64,000 nucleotides of DNA from Schizosaccharomyces osmophilus (Eukaryota). The notes below the pieces were generated by a model. That model made no database searches, was not told the origin of the DNA, and saw only the letters and a program-made list of their open reading frames with translations. Positions 10,082-20,900 of this stretch are shown here, in pieces; position 1 is the stretch's first letter; every line of letters starts with the position of its first letter. The position numbers and the translations under genes are program-made. The stretch lies in assembly GCF_027921745.1 (NCBI RefSeq), contig NC_079240.1, positions 620,001 through 684,000 on the forward strand. The letters run 5' to 3'.

Positions 10082-13000
10082 TTACAAAGCTAAATACTGT
10101 TTAGTTACTTCAAAAGCCAGATTCAAGTTTCCACTAGATATATATATAAGCCGAATATTATAAGCAGCTTCGTAGGCAAAATCATAGGTAGGATTAACCC
10201 TGCTTCCTTCTTTCTGTTGTACCGTCAAGTCGTTTACGGTTCCCATAGGCGATAATTCTAATACCTTTTCATAATATTGTACAGCATGGTGTTCCAATCC
10301 AAGAAAATGGTAAGCTTTTGCCAAATTATAAAGAGCCTCCTGCTTCTCTCCTATGCCAATTTTGGATCGTAAATCATAATAGTGATATAAAAATGTGAAC
10401 CCCTGTAGAATCTGATAGTGTCGATTATCGGAAAGCCTTTGCATAGCACGATGAATATAAGCCAAGCCAATAGATAGGTTTGTCATTGGACAGTCTGGAT
10501 TCATCACATAAGCTCGACTATAATAATTGATTGCTGGAATCCAACTCCTACTACGGGCCATAATATGCCCATAAAGTAAGAACAGAATAGGATCGTAAGA
10601 TGTAGGCACCGTTGCCAGTCCGTCTTCATTCTTCGATAAGGTAGCAGCACCAGGAACGGAAGACTTGCTCATTAGTTGATCCATTAGTTTTACTAGACGA
10701 AGCAAAAACTTTTGATTAGCGCTGTCCACGAACGTTCGAGAGCATTCATAACCGGAACTTAGTATACCGGAAAAAAGTCTGTATGTGTCTTGACGAAACT
10801 GGAAACTCGTGAATGTCCATCGGAGAGGACCGAGTGCTGTTTGAGAATCTCTAGCGTGAATAGCACATGCCAGCATGCACCACCGCAGATTCTGACGCTT
10901 TAATGGATCCTGTTCAAACACAGGAGTAGCCATACCTGCTTTTAAAACTTCATAAGCCTGTTTTACTGTTCCAGACTTGACTTCTTGAAGTGCGTATTGT
11001 ACAAAAAGCTGAAACCAAGCGTCGATAGAAACATCACGAAACATTTTTGTATGTAAAACCGTTTCCAAGCCGACGTCGCCCCATTTTGAATGAGTGATTG
11101 AGTCATTAAGTCGATTAATCATATTCATAAGTTGCTCCTTTAGCGAATGGATTCGTACATGTCTTGTTAGCAAATTAGTTTTTGATCTCGCTTTTCGCTC
11201 ATTTGGATATAGAGCTTTTGTGTTTACAAATTCATCGATTAATTCGGATGCAATGTTCATCCAAAGAAGTGTTTCGAAACTTGTCGAGTCAACTTGTAAG
11301 TTTTCAAACAATGCACCAAGTTTTTCAAACCTTCTTTGAGTATGTTCGGTTTTCCAGATCTTGTACTGTCGTGCTTCTTCCCTGGATCGGCTAATTTGAG
11401 CCCGCTTTTCCCATCCGTCTTGTGGTAATCTCTGTTTATTGATGAGTAATCGAGAACCAAGATCGCTTTCACGACCCGTTAATTCCATGGTTCCCTTCTC
11501 ATTTTCAGGTGTCGCTTTTTGAAGTTCTATTATACTAGTAACAATTGCCAGCGCTGCATCGCGATTATCCTGTAGCTCATTGATCTCGGCCAGTTTCACA
11601 AGCGCATTGATATTATTATTGTCTACAAGTAAAATAGCTTCCATGCATTGTTGTGCATGTTCAAATTCCTTTAATTCGAGATAGCAAAGACCCATATCAA
11701 ACCAGAGCTGGATGTTTTGAGCAGGACCATGGCCACTCAAAAGTATGTAATATTCCAATGCCAAATCTAAGCGCTCAATCTCCATATAGGCTTTTGCAAT
11801 ATTGTTCAAAACAACCGAGATGTACTCAAGAGGAAGGGTTTTTATTATAGAAAAATGGTGGGCAGCTTCTTCAAGTTCGCCAATCTTAATCCTTGCGATT
11901 CCCAGTTTAGCTCTTAGTAGATAAGGTAGATGATATGTTTCTTCAGAATTTTCTTGTAAGGATGAAGCATCAAACTTCCTCCGTCTTTCATCTATATCCC
12001 ACTCACGATCGTCATCGTAGTCGTCCCAATGGACTTCTGATTTCCTTCCACGAAACCAGCGTACACCTCGATTAATGAGCTGAATAGCATTAGACCATTG
12101 ATGATCTAATAGCAAAAGTTCAGCATAAAGATTCAAGGCGGGTAAATCAAAAACGCCTTTGCCGACAGGTGGTACTGGGTACTGATAATAATGCGCCCAG
12201 GAAGTTTCAAAAGCATTAAGAGCTTCACCGGGAGTACGAATTCTTATATATACCTCAGCCAGATGCTTTAACAAAGATACATCAAAAGGAGAAGAAGGAA
12301 GCAGTTGTCGAAACCCCTCGGCAGCTTTTTTTAATGATCCATGATCCTTATTTAAAATAGATCTGTTGAAAATGTACTCATTAAGTAAACTTTCTTTGGT
12401 TGGTTTTGCTAAGATTCCACGAGAATAACAATAATCTGCTTGATCCCAAAATTCTAAACTTTCGCTAAGATGCGCGCAGGTGGCCCACAATTCATGATCC
12501 TTTGGCTTGAGATGAGCTGCAGCCATCCAAGCAATCAAACACTTTTCAATATTAACCTTCTCGTTACCTCTCTGACGATGACATTCGCCCAACATTTTCC
12601 AAGCGGCAATCACATTGTTATCAATGCGAACAATTTCTTCAGCAATTTTTTGTGCCTCTGCAAAGTTCCCCTCTTGAGCGAATAACCGATTTGCCAGACT
12701 CAATAATTGCTGAACTTCAACAGAGGGAAGCATGTCCGCACGACTTACACGACCACGACCTCGAGAGCTTTTCTTAGCACGTCTAAAGCCAACAGCTGCT
12801 TTCAAGTCTTCCTCCCATTCATTGTCATCAGCCTCAGAATCTTTCTGTGTAGACGTTTTGTCAAGTGTGGATGAAGCTTCTTCTTCGCTCTCAGCTTGCT
12901 CTGACTCTTCGTCAGACCAAAGGCCGGCTGTATTTAAAGCATCAGTATCCCCTACAAACGCTTCATCATTATAATCAAATCGCCCAGACTCGTCAACGAA

Positions 13001-13114
13001 GTCATTAATATATCCATTCAAATATTGCACCTCTTCATCCATCGGTTCGACAGTAGAGCTATTCACATCATCCACACTGGAATCTAAAAGGGTATCGGCT
13101 TCATTCTCATCCAT
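10082..13114 (-). CDS. sfc4: TFIIIC TPR subunit (Tfc4/Sfc4, GTF3C3 family), ~1010 aa
   Basis: First ATG (MDENEAD) at 13114. Acidic N-terminus, many TPRs, WMAAAHL, and C-terminal RAMQRLSDNRHYQILQG, QEALYN and EAAYN motifs. Confidence 0.92.
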   Translation of the reverse strand: MDENEADTLLDSSVDDVNSSTVEPMDEEVQYLNGYINDFVDESGRFDYNDEAFVGDTDALNTAGLWSDEESEQAESEEEASSTLDKTSTQKDSEADDNEWEEDLKAAVGFRRAKKSSRGRGRVSRADMLPSVEVQQLLSLANRLFAQEGNFAEAQKIAEEIVRIDNNVIAAWKMLGECHRQRGNEKVNIEKCLIAWMAAAHLKPKDHELWATCAHLSESLEFWDQADYCYSRGILAKPTKESLLNEYIFNRSILNKDHGSLKKAAEGFRQLLPSSPFDVSLLKHLAEVYIRIRTPGEALNAFETSWAHYYQYPVPPVGKGVFDLPALNLYAELLLLDHQWSNAIQLINRGVRWFRGRKSEVHWDDYDDDREWDIDERRRKFDASSLQENSEETYHLPYLLRAKLGIARIKIGELEEAAHHFSIIKTLPLEYISVVLNNIAKAYMEIERLDLALEYYILLSGHGPAQNIQLWFDMGLCYLELKEFEHAQQCMEAILLVDNNNINALVKLAEINELQDNRDAALAIVTSIIELQKATPENEKGTMELTGRESDLGSRLLINKQRLPQDGWEKRAQISRSREEARQYKIWKTEHTQRRFEKLGALFENLQVDSTSFETLLWMNIASELIDEFVNTKALYPNERKARSKTNLLTRHVRIHSLKEQLMNMINRLNDSITHSKWGDVGLETVLHTKMFRDVSIDAWFQLFVQYALQEVKSGTVKQAYEVLKAGMATPVFEQDPLKRQNLRWCMLACAIHARDSQTALGPLRWTFTSFQFRQDTYRLFSGILSSGYECSRTFVDSANQKFLLRLVKLMDQLMSKSSVPGAATLSKNEDGLATVPTSYDPILFLLYGHIMARSRSWIPAINYYSRAYVMNPDCPMTNLSIGLAYIHRAMQRLSDNRHYQILQGFTFLYHYYDLRSKIGIGEKQEALYNLAKAYHFLGLEHHAVQYYEKVLELSPMGTVNDLTVQQKEGSRVNPTYDFAYEAAYNIRLIYISSGNLNLAFEVTKQYLAL

Positions 13115-13575
13115 GATTTGCAAAATTATGTATGCTGAAACATAATTTTTAGGACGTTGGCTGTTGGCAAACTGGCCACACACAACACGGTCTTCAAGCA
13201 CACAGATTCACCGTCTTATTGTATCGAATAGTATGAGTCATAATCACTTATAAAAAGAAAGATGAAGTCGTTATAGATGAACCTCAAAAGCCTTTTCTTT
13301 TTTTCGCCCTTACATTTCAGATCCTGCATTATCATTTCTCAAAAATGAATGGTAGAATCATTATTAAATGAGAAATTCTCCAAATTTGATATAAAAAAAG
13401 CAAAAGAAGCTTTATTTTCATCAATCTTTGACTGCAAATGGTTTGTTTACTAACGCTCCCTAACACGTTTGTATCTCCGATTTTACAGAATCTTACAATT
13501 TGTTAAATAGCTACACCCAAGGAACTTGACTTTAGAGAAGTTGCTTTCTGCCTTATAAACATACGACATATCCAT

Positions 13576-14749
13576 ATGTTGAGAGTGTCCCAATTTTGGG
13601 GATCTATAAGCCCGTTTCGGAGCTGCCCGAGAATTCTTCGATATGCCTCTACAGCTCCGAACGGTGCAGAATTCTTGGCTGACAACGAGCGGCCAATCGA
13701 CACAAGTTTATTGTTTCGAGAGAAAACAAAATTTCAGGTACGGATTGTCTTTTCATTAATTTAATTAGTACCGCTTGTGTTACGTTTTTCTTTTTTGGCT
13801 AGCTAACCTCTGCTTTTTACAGCTAAAAAAATACAAACCCATCTCCCCTGGTCTACGACATTTGCAGCGTCCCATTACGGAGAATTTATGGAAGAAAGGT
13901 CCTTACCGTCCATTGACAGAAGCCAAGCGCAAAACGGGAGGTAGAAACGATAGCGGTCGAATTACTGTGCGACACATTGGCGGTGGACACAAGCAAAGAA
14001 TTCGACTTGTTGACTTCAAACGGGTTTCTCCTGGACCGTGTAAGGTATTACGGATTGAGTACGATCCTGGTAGGAGTGGACATATCGCCTTGATTGAAAG
14101 TTTGGACGAAGAAAAGCGGAAAAGTTACATTTTAGCTTGTGATGGCCTTCAAGCTGGTGACACCGTAGAAAGCTTCCGCAATTTAATGGCGCTGGATAAG
14201 GACGGAAAGCTTCCGGTATTGAATTCTACTCTAGCTACTGAATTAGAGGACGGAACGTTTGCTTCTCGTAACCTTAAACCAGGAAATTGTTTTCCTTTGC
14301 GTCTAATTCCAGTTGGTACTATAATTCACGCTATTGGCGTTCAACCTGGCCAAAAAGCAAAGTTGTGCAGATCTGCTGGTTCAAGTGCTCGACTCATTGC
14401 GTTCAATGACAAAAAGTATGCAATTGTGAGATTACAAAGTGGTGAAGAACGGAGGATTTTAGCCACTTCTTTTGCTACAATTGGAACAGTCAGTAACATT
14501 TACTGGCAACACAGACAACTAGGAAAGGCAGGACGTTCCCGTTGGCTTGGTATCCGTCCTACGGTGCGTGGTACAGCCATGAACGCTTGCGATCACCCTC
14601 ACGGAGGTGGTGGAGGTAAAAATATCGGTAACAAGCCATCTCAATCACCTACTGGTGTTTTGGCTAAGGGAGGCTACAAGACTCGTAAGGGCAAAAATGT
14701 GAATAAGCTTCTTGTTCGCAGCCGCCCTCGTGGTAAAGATAAACGCTAG
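13576..14749 (+). CDS. rml2: Mitochondrial ribosomal protein L2 (uL2m); exons 13576-13737, 13823-14749
   Basis: GRITVRHIGGGHKQR, IEYDPGRS, GKAGRSRWLGIRPTVRGTAMNACDHPHGGG. Arg/Ser-rich presequence-like N-terminus. Intron GTACGG..GCTAAC..CAG 13738-13822. Confidence 0.93.
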
Positions 14750-15060
14750 ACAATGGCACATGCATATCTAAAGATATAATTCTTTACACTTTTGTAAATC
14801 TGACTTTCCTCCAAGCCCAGCTGGGTGTTTCACATGGATGTTTGAAGCAAAGCTTTGGCGATTTGAAGGAATCAGCTTTCATTTTTATTATGTAACGCAT
14901 TCCTCTCCGAAACTTCTTTAATCTTTCTTTTTAATAAATTCTACACCCTTTTACATTCAAAATAAAATTGACAGTTCCGTTTTCGTTCAACGACTTATGA
15001 GTAGCAATTTATAGAGACAACAACAGTTTGCATTGATATCATTAAGCCGTAAGTGTATCG

Positions 15061-15821
15061 CTATGTGTCCGATTTCTTTTTTAATCTTCTGTTTCTTCTA
15101 CGTTTTCGTTCTGCCGCAGGACTAGCGGAAATTCGTTCTAAGAGAGAGAGCTGCGAGACTTTGGGGCCAATTCGTTTGCGAAGGGGATTTGATACTTCTT
15201 TTGTATCTTCGTTTTCTGGAGAATTTCTTGATATCAATTAGTAACGATTATACCATTTTCAATCAGTAGATTAGAGGTACCATACCTTTGTGAAGGAGAT
15301 GATCGATCCTTCTCGTGAGGGTCCCCGTGAAATAGGTAATAACGGGAATATAGATGAGCACTTTTTACTTTTTTGTCCTTGTATCTCGCATAACGTATTT
15401 GATACGAGGAGGAGGGAAGACTTGGACAAGGTTTCATAGGGTGTTCAGCATAGTCATCGAATTCAGAAATTGGCTCAGAAATGAGTAAATAAAGAGCCCT
15501 TCGAGCAACGTCTTCATCCGGAAATACCAAGTTGCCTGTAAGGTGGTTAGTACCTTTCTCACATAGACAACGACTTTGTGATCGTGTCTTACATTCATTA
15601 TCGTTAATCCATTCGATCACACATTCATGCTCAGGAACATAGGTGGATACAAACTCTTTAATTTGTGCTTCTGACATAAAATCCACCCCAGAAACATGGA
15701 GGGCTGTTTTTCGTAACGCCAAATCATCCGGTTCCTCAGCAGGATTCTCATTCACGATAGTAGGGCTCTCTGTAGGAATCCGATCCTCAGGTATTGGTGC
15801 ATTATGTTCTTCTATATCCAT
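15061..15821 (-). CDS. NCBP3-like (nuclear cap-binding subunit 3) RRM protein, ~214 aa; exons 15821-15593, 15535-15286, 15226-15061
   Basis: ALHVSGVDFMS, IEWINDNECNLVF, IRYA..D.K...A...SRYYL.HG typical of NCBP3. Introns GTAAGA..TACTAAC..CAG (15592-15536) and GTATGG..TACTAAT..AAG (15285-15227). Basic C-terminal tail. Confidence 0.82.
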
Positions 15822-16328
15822 GAATGATTCGTGACCGATTTCGCGTTTTGCAAAACGATTGTTTTTGTTATTATGCGAATTTGGTCAAATAGTGAAGGAT
15901 GGTCACTTTTCTTATATGGCAAGTACAAAAGAAAAAGAATAAATCGTGAAATAATGATGAAGGTATTATAAATCTTTATTACGCTACATAAAAACTATAA
16001 GCTTGAAATGCGGGTTTCGTTTTGTTTGTCCCTTTATAATTGATTCTTGGCTGGGCATGGAAAACCACTTCACTAGCTCGTTGAACTAAGCCTGCCATGC
16101 TTGGCTGAAGCATAGGAAGAGAGTACAAGGACCTCTTTAAAGTCGAGATTAAAACTGGGTATGCTCTTCATTAGAATCACTTCCACTCAATCCCATCAAT
16201 GGAGCCAGGATCATCTGTATAACTGAGACCACGGTAACTGGTTAGAGAATTTGATTCTCCCAATATTAGCACCCTATACATGGACAGATCACTGATCTTT
16301 TACTATACATATGAGTTATATTAAGAAT

Positions 16329-16447
16329 GTAAACAAAGGAGTAACAAAAGAAAGCTTTTTGTTTACCTTTTTAATGAAACCCATGGTAAACGCCTTATTA
16401 GGATTTACGAAAACCAACAAAACAAAACAAAAAAGCCCATGTAAACA
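16329..16447. promoter_or_regulatory. Cluster of forkhead/FLEX-type sites (GTAAACA) upstream of the mug123-like gene
   Basis: GTAAACAAA 16329-16337, TTTGTTTAC 16358-16366, GTAAACA 16441-16447. Confidence 0.55.
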
Positions 16448-16683
16448 GTACAATAGCTAAAACCATTAATAAACCGGGGTTTTTTTCACTTTGGCATTCA
16501 AATTGATTTGTATCTGAAATATCCTGTTCTATTGGATACTTTTTCGCTATACATTGAACGCAAGCAGCCTAGGGATTAAACAAGATTTCAAAGCTCGATT
16601 GCATTTCGAAAACACAAGACGCATGTAATTGCAAGCGAAACTGAACAAAGCAAAAGAAGAATTAACTCTTTTATTTTATTGAA

Positions 16684-17388
16684 ATGGAATCGATTATTGG
16701 TAGACACAGTCGGGATGAATCCTTGTCGCGTTCTTCTATCGCTACTCCCACTGTCCTTGATGACCAAGAGGAAAATAGTGAACGCCCATTTTCATATGTG
16801 CAGTCGTTAAGAAGAGCAAGGGCTACCGTATGGAGTGACCAAGGTCGTGCAAAGCCCTTGCAGTCTGCCTCTTCCTGGAAAAGCTCCTCTCAGAATGGCA
16901 AAAAGGATACCAGTAAAGGATTGGGAGGCATGCGGTCTAGAGTCTTTTCTAGTCAGCATCATGGCGTATACCATACTCGTCCAGCTTCTCTAAAATCTCG
17001 AACAATGGCCCCTCAACATACCATCCTAACACCACGACTTTCTGCAACTGAAGGTAAAGACGAAGACGAAGACGACCTAGCAATTTCCACGTCTAATACT
17101 ACCCCTACTTATATGTCTATGATTAATTCGTCCCGTGCTAGCTCTACGCGCAGTGGCAATGCTCCATCTGCACCTTCTATCATGGGCATGTCCATCCATT
17201 CTCAAGCCGATACTACTCATTCTGAAGGATATGAGTCCAGGAGTGGCTCACCAACTCATGACATTCAATCTTACCTCGTCAATCGCAGTAGTAGTGAAGA
17301 AGATTCTGATTGGGATAGTGGCGAAGAAGGCGTAAAGCGTCTGGTTATTACCAACGCAGCTAATGAATCTGAATTGGACAGTGACTAG
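16684..17388 (+). CDS. mug123: Ser-rich fungal protein of unknown function, probable Mug123 orthologue, 234 aa
   Basis: Intact single-exon ORF with YVQSLRRARATVWSDQG and PRLSATE segments. The name rests on recalled synteny. Confidence 0.7.
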   Translation: MESIIGRHSRDESLSRSSIATPTVLDDQEENSERPFSYVQSLRRARATVWSDQGRAKPLQSASSWKSSSQNGKKDTSKGLGGMRSRVFSSQHHGVYHTRPASLKSRTMAPQHTILTPRLSATEGKDEDEDDLAISTSNTTPTYMSMINSSRASSTRSGNAPSAPSIMGMSIHSQADTTHSEGYESRSGSPTHDIQSYLVNRSSSEEDSDWDSGEEGVKRLVITNAANESELDSD

Positions 17389-17747
17389 CGGACTCGGTGG
17401 ACGTACTTTAATGTTGATATTCATGCCCTTTTATCTGATTATGCATCTTCCTTTTCCTTTTCCTGACGCCCTTACGCCTCTCCATTTGTTCCGTCTCTTT
17501 CTTTACTTTCCATTTCTTTCCAGTTACGTTTTAACTGTTTTTATCGTTCCTTTTCTCATGCTTGATTAGATCACTTTCTATTTTTTCTTAGCTCTTATTT
17601 ATTATTTGCAATCTAAATTCTTAATTTTGCTCGTCTCCTATTGTTGACAGAAAATGTAGGAAAAAAAACATTCATTTATGATTCATAATACAATTTGTGT
17701 ATATGTTTATATATTTACAGAAAAGGCACTGGTAGCGACTGTACCTT

Positions 17748-19259
17748 CTAAGCTGGATTGTTTTCGTCAACTAAAGCTAAAATGAGATCTTTATCTCCTT
17801 TTTCCATAATTTTTTCAGTCATTAAGTTACCAACAATTTTTTCCAAAAGACCCCGAGCATTAGGGGGGACGGTTTTATCTGTAGAGAGTTGATCATCTCT
17901 TAAAAGCAATAATGAATCATACAAAGCATCCATACAACGATTCGCTTCATATTTGTCATCGTCGTTGCCCTTTTCAAAACTCTTAATGACCAAAATTTCA
18001 TAGACCTTAATATTAGGAACAAGAAGCACCCGAATAGCTTCTTTTCCCATTGTTTTGAGACCAATTATAGCTCCGTAATGAGTTGTATAAGGCTTTGTAT
18101 TATCTAAGAAAGCCTTCAACACTGTCCTAGTAACTCTCGGTTTCAATGTATAGTAAACATTGCCAAATCGATTACAAACAATTCCTAAGAGGTAAGCAGC
18201 TAAGTCTCTTAAAGCATAATGGTCGTGATTGTGAGGATCATTCCCAAGACGTTTGGCAACCAGACAAGTTAAGATAGAGGGCATTAGCTGTTGAACATAA
18301 GGCTCAACAAATAAATTGGGATTGTCAAGAAGCGCCCAAGCCATTTGCATGAGCGTAGTAAGAATAACTAAATTATTTAGATTATGAGAAATGGAATCAG
18401 AAAGAAACATAATAAAGTAGGGCAAGAGTTGATGTAAGCCTGGATCATCTCGAAGGCTTGATAATGCGGCATGCCGAAGTTCTGAATTTGATACATCAAG
18501 CAAAGCAGCAGTAATACGCTCGAAATAAAGTTGAAGCTCTTTCGAAAGCACGTGACGGACTAACGGTTTTACTTCAACATTCTCCATAGATGAAATACCA
18601 TTAGATGCCTCTTTTGTAGCAGCAGTAGCACCGGGAGTAACTGCAGCTGGACCCTTAGGAGCCCATTCTCCAGTTGTATGGTCGGAGGGGGTTGGGTTTT
18701 GTGGAATAGCAGGTTGAACACCCTCAATGGCTAACCAATGGGCAGTATAAGAAATATTTCTGGGTACCTTTGGTAAAGGATAGTTGATAATTTTCTCGAA
18801 ATCAATTTCTTCATCATCAAGATAATAAAGAGAGTTTTGCCCACCACCTACGGCGGCTTCATGAAATTCAACAGGCCGAGATGTATTAAACCCGTAAAGT
18901 GGTTCAACGTTTAAGGTTCTCAGAGCAGACGATATGTCAGCATTTGAAAGCACCGTCCGTTTTGAATGGACCATAAACTTCATTGCTTCCTAAATTTGAC
19001 ATTAGTAAACCGTTTTCTGACAAAAAATTAAAGGAAAACAAGCAGTTCATTCTTTTACACGGCAATAATAGACAGCTTGAGTAATACCAGAGAGTTTCTG
19101 CTCACAACCCAGAACACTTTAACGTACCTGTATGACTTGGTGGATTCGATATTCAAGATCCATTGCAATTGCAGATGCTGCCTCATCACCCAGACTGCTT
19201 ATACCAAGCATTTCAGCGACATCTTTTATGGATTCTACGTTCCATACTGTCAAAGACAT
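17748..19259 (-). CDS. taf6: TFIID/SAGA histone H4-like subunit Taf6, ~457 aa; exons 19259-19128, 18989-17748
   Basis: MSLTVWNVESIKDVAEMLG..DLEYRIHQVIQ/EAMKFMVHSKR, HWLAIEGVQPAIPQNP, LSKELQLYF, DPGLHQLLPYF. Intron GTACGT..TACTAAT..TAG 19127-18990. Confidence 0.95.
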
Positions 19260-20560
19260 GTTGGTATATGGAGTCTGCTGAAATACCTCGTCGCGTTTAG
19301 GAATGAGGATAGAGAACTTTAGTGCGTTCCTTGTATGAGATTGCGATATTGTTGTGCTTTGTTAAAAAACAAACATTTAAGTAAACAGAAAAGAGTAGTT
19401 ATAAAGCAAAATGATTCAATATCTTTCCAAGATAACGGGAACTTAATTAATAATTTTTTGTTCTCTCACACAACATAAAACTTGTTTTGAAACTTTGCGT
19501 GTATAACATCAAGGAAATCATGGTTCAAATATGATTCAAAGGCTGTAATAATGAATGAAAAGGCAATATGTGGTTATGTCAATTTTGTAAAGCGCAGAGC
19601 TGTTGAAAGTAGTATATTTGAAGATCAACCAAAGCTTCTTACAATAACTGTCATACATAATATAGAAAAGAAGTCTCTCGAGTGTAAGAATGGAAGCTTT
19701 TCGGTCAATTTCGTAATTATTTACCTGGAAAAACGGATAAGAACGAAGGTTTTTTTGACAGATTCAGAGAGATTAACCAGTGCAACCTTTCTAGCATCGC
19801 GAATAGGCAAGAGGCCTTTCAAATCAGCTTACATTCTTACATTATCCTGATGTTTGTCACTCCTTTGGTAACAGATTATAACAACAAGCCATTATGGAGT
19901 GTAGTAGTTGAGAGAAGGATTTGTTTTCATAACAAAACAAAATAGAATGTAAAAATAGAAAAGCAACCGGGCAAAACTATAAGTGGCTACTCAAGGATTG
20001 ACATGAGTATGGAGATGGCAAACTCATTTTCGCAGCAAGAACACCGGACTTAAAAGAATCAAATATAAAATTCTTTACAAGTCAATTCAATCTCAGATTT
20101 GTCTTGGATTGAACTCTTTATTGTATGTTTTCTAAACTGCTAAGCTTATTTGTTTACTAACCAAACTCTGAATAACGAACACTTTTTAGCTTTTCATTTA
20201 ACATGTACAACTATTCTCCTATGGTTCACATACAGATATATATATATATCTGGTGCTGCTTAAAAGGTAACCAATATCCGAGAATAGAAAAACTGCAGTG
20301 AAATGTCTTTTGATGCTTGTGTAAATTCTCACACATGGTTTTTCAATTCCCAAATGAGCTTGACTATTTTTAGAGCTGCTCCTGGATGCCTTGACTCACA
20401 TTTTGCATATGCATAGAAGATAAATAAAGCTGAATGTAATACCTGAGGGGTGGTCGCTTCAATGTCTCGTAATTTGAGGCTGATACGACAATAACTTTTT
20501 GTTCAATCCTTCGTATCATAGGAACACAAACTCCTCTCCAACATTCTCTCATTTAGAAAT

Positions 20561-20569
20561 AAAAAAAAA
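20561..20569 (-). terminator. RNA polymerase III oligo(T) terminator of tRNA-Thr
   Basis: T9 on the minus strand (A9 on plus) starting 2 nt past the tRNA 3' end. Confidence 0.8.
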
Positions 20570-20570
20570 T

Positions 20571-20642
20571 TGCTCCAGCAGTGACTCGAACACTGGGCCT
20601 CTTGCTTACTAGGCAAGCGCTCTACCACTGAGCTACAAGAGC
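20571..20642 (-). tRNA. tRNA-Thr, anticodon AGU
   Basis: Minus strand GCTCTTGTAGCTCAGTGGTAGAGCGCTTGCCT-AGT-AAGCAAGAGGCCCAGTGTTCGAGTCACTGCTGGAGCA forms a cloverleaf with A and B boxes and no intron. Confidence 0.96.
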
Positions 20643-20900
20643 TATTTGGTGAATTTGAGAAGTAAGACCTAAATATATTTAATGAAACATTACTAATCTC
20701 ACCAAAACCCTGGATAAAAAGGGATCTTATGTATGCCCAATTTGTTCCTTCATTTCATTGTTTAAAATAAGAGGCTTCCACACTTAACTATAGGTTGTCG
20801 AATTTACCACATTTTGGTATAAGTTGCTATCTGTGTTAAGGAGTTCGTACAACCAGATAAGATCGCACACGAAGCAAACAACATCCAACCCAAAGCCATT

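Noticed and set aside
13115..13201. N-terminal extension of sfc4 in the ORF track (similar non-ATG starts for wee1, urb1, ump1, rml2 and the lactonase)
   Set aside because: These use near-cognate start codons or run through introns; ATG-based spliced models fit better.
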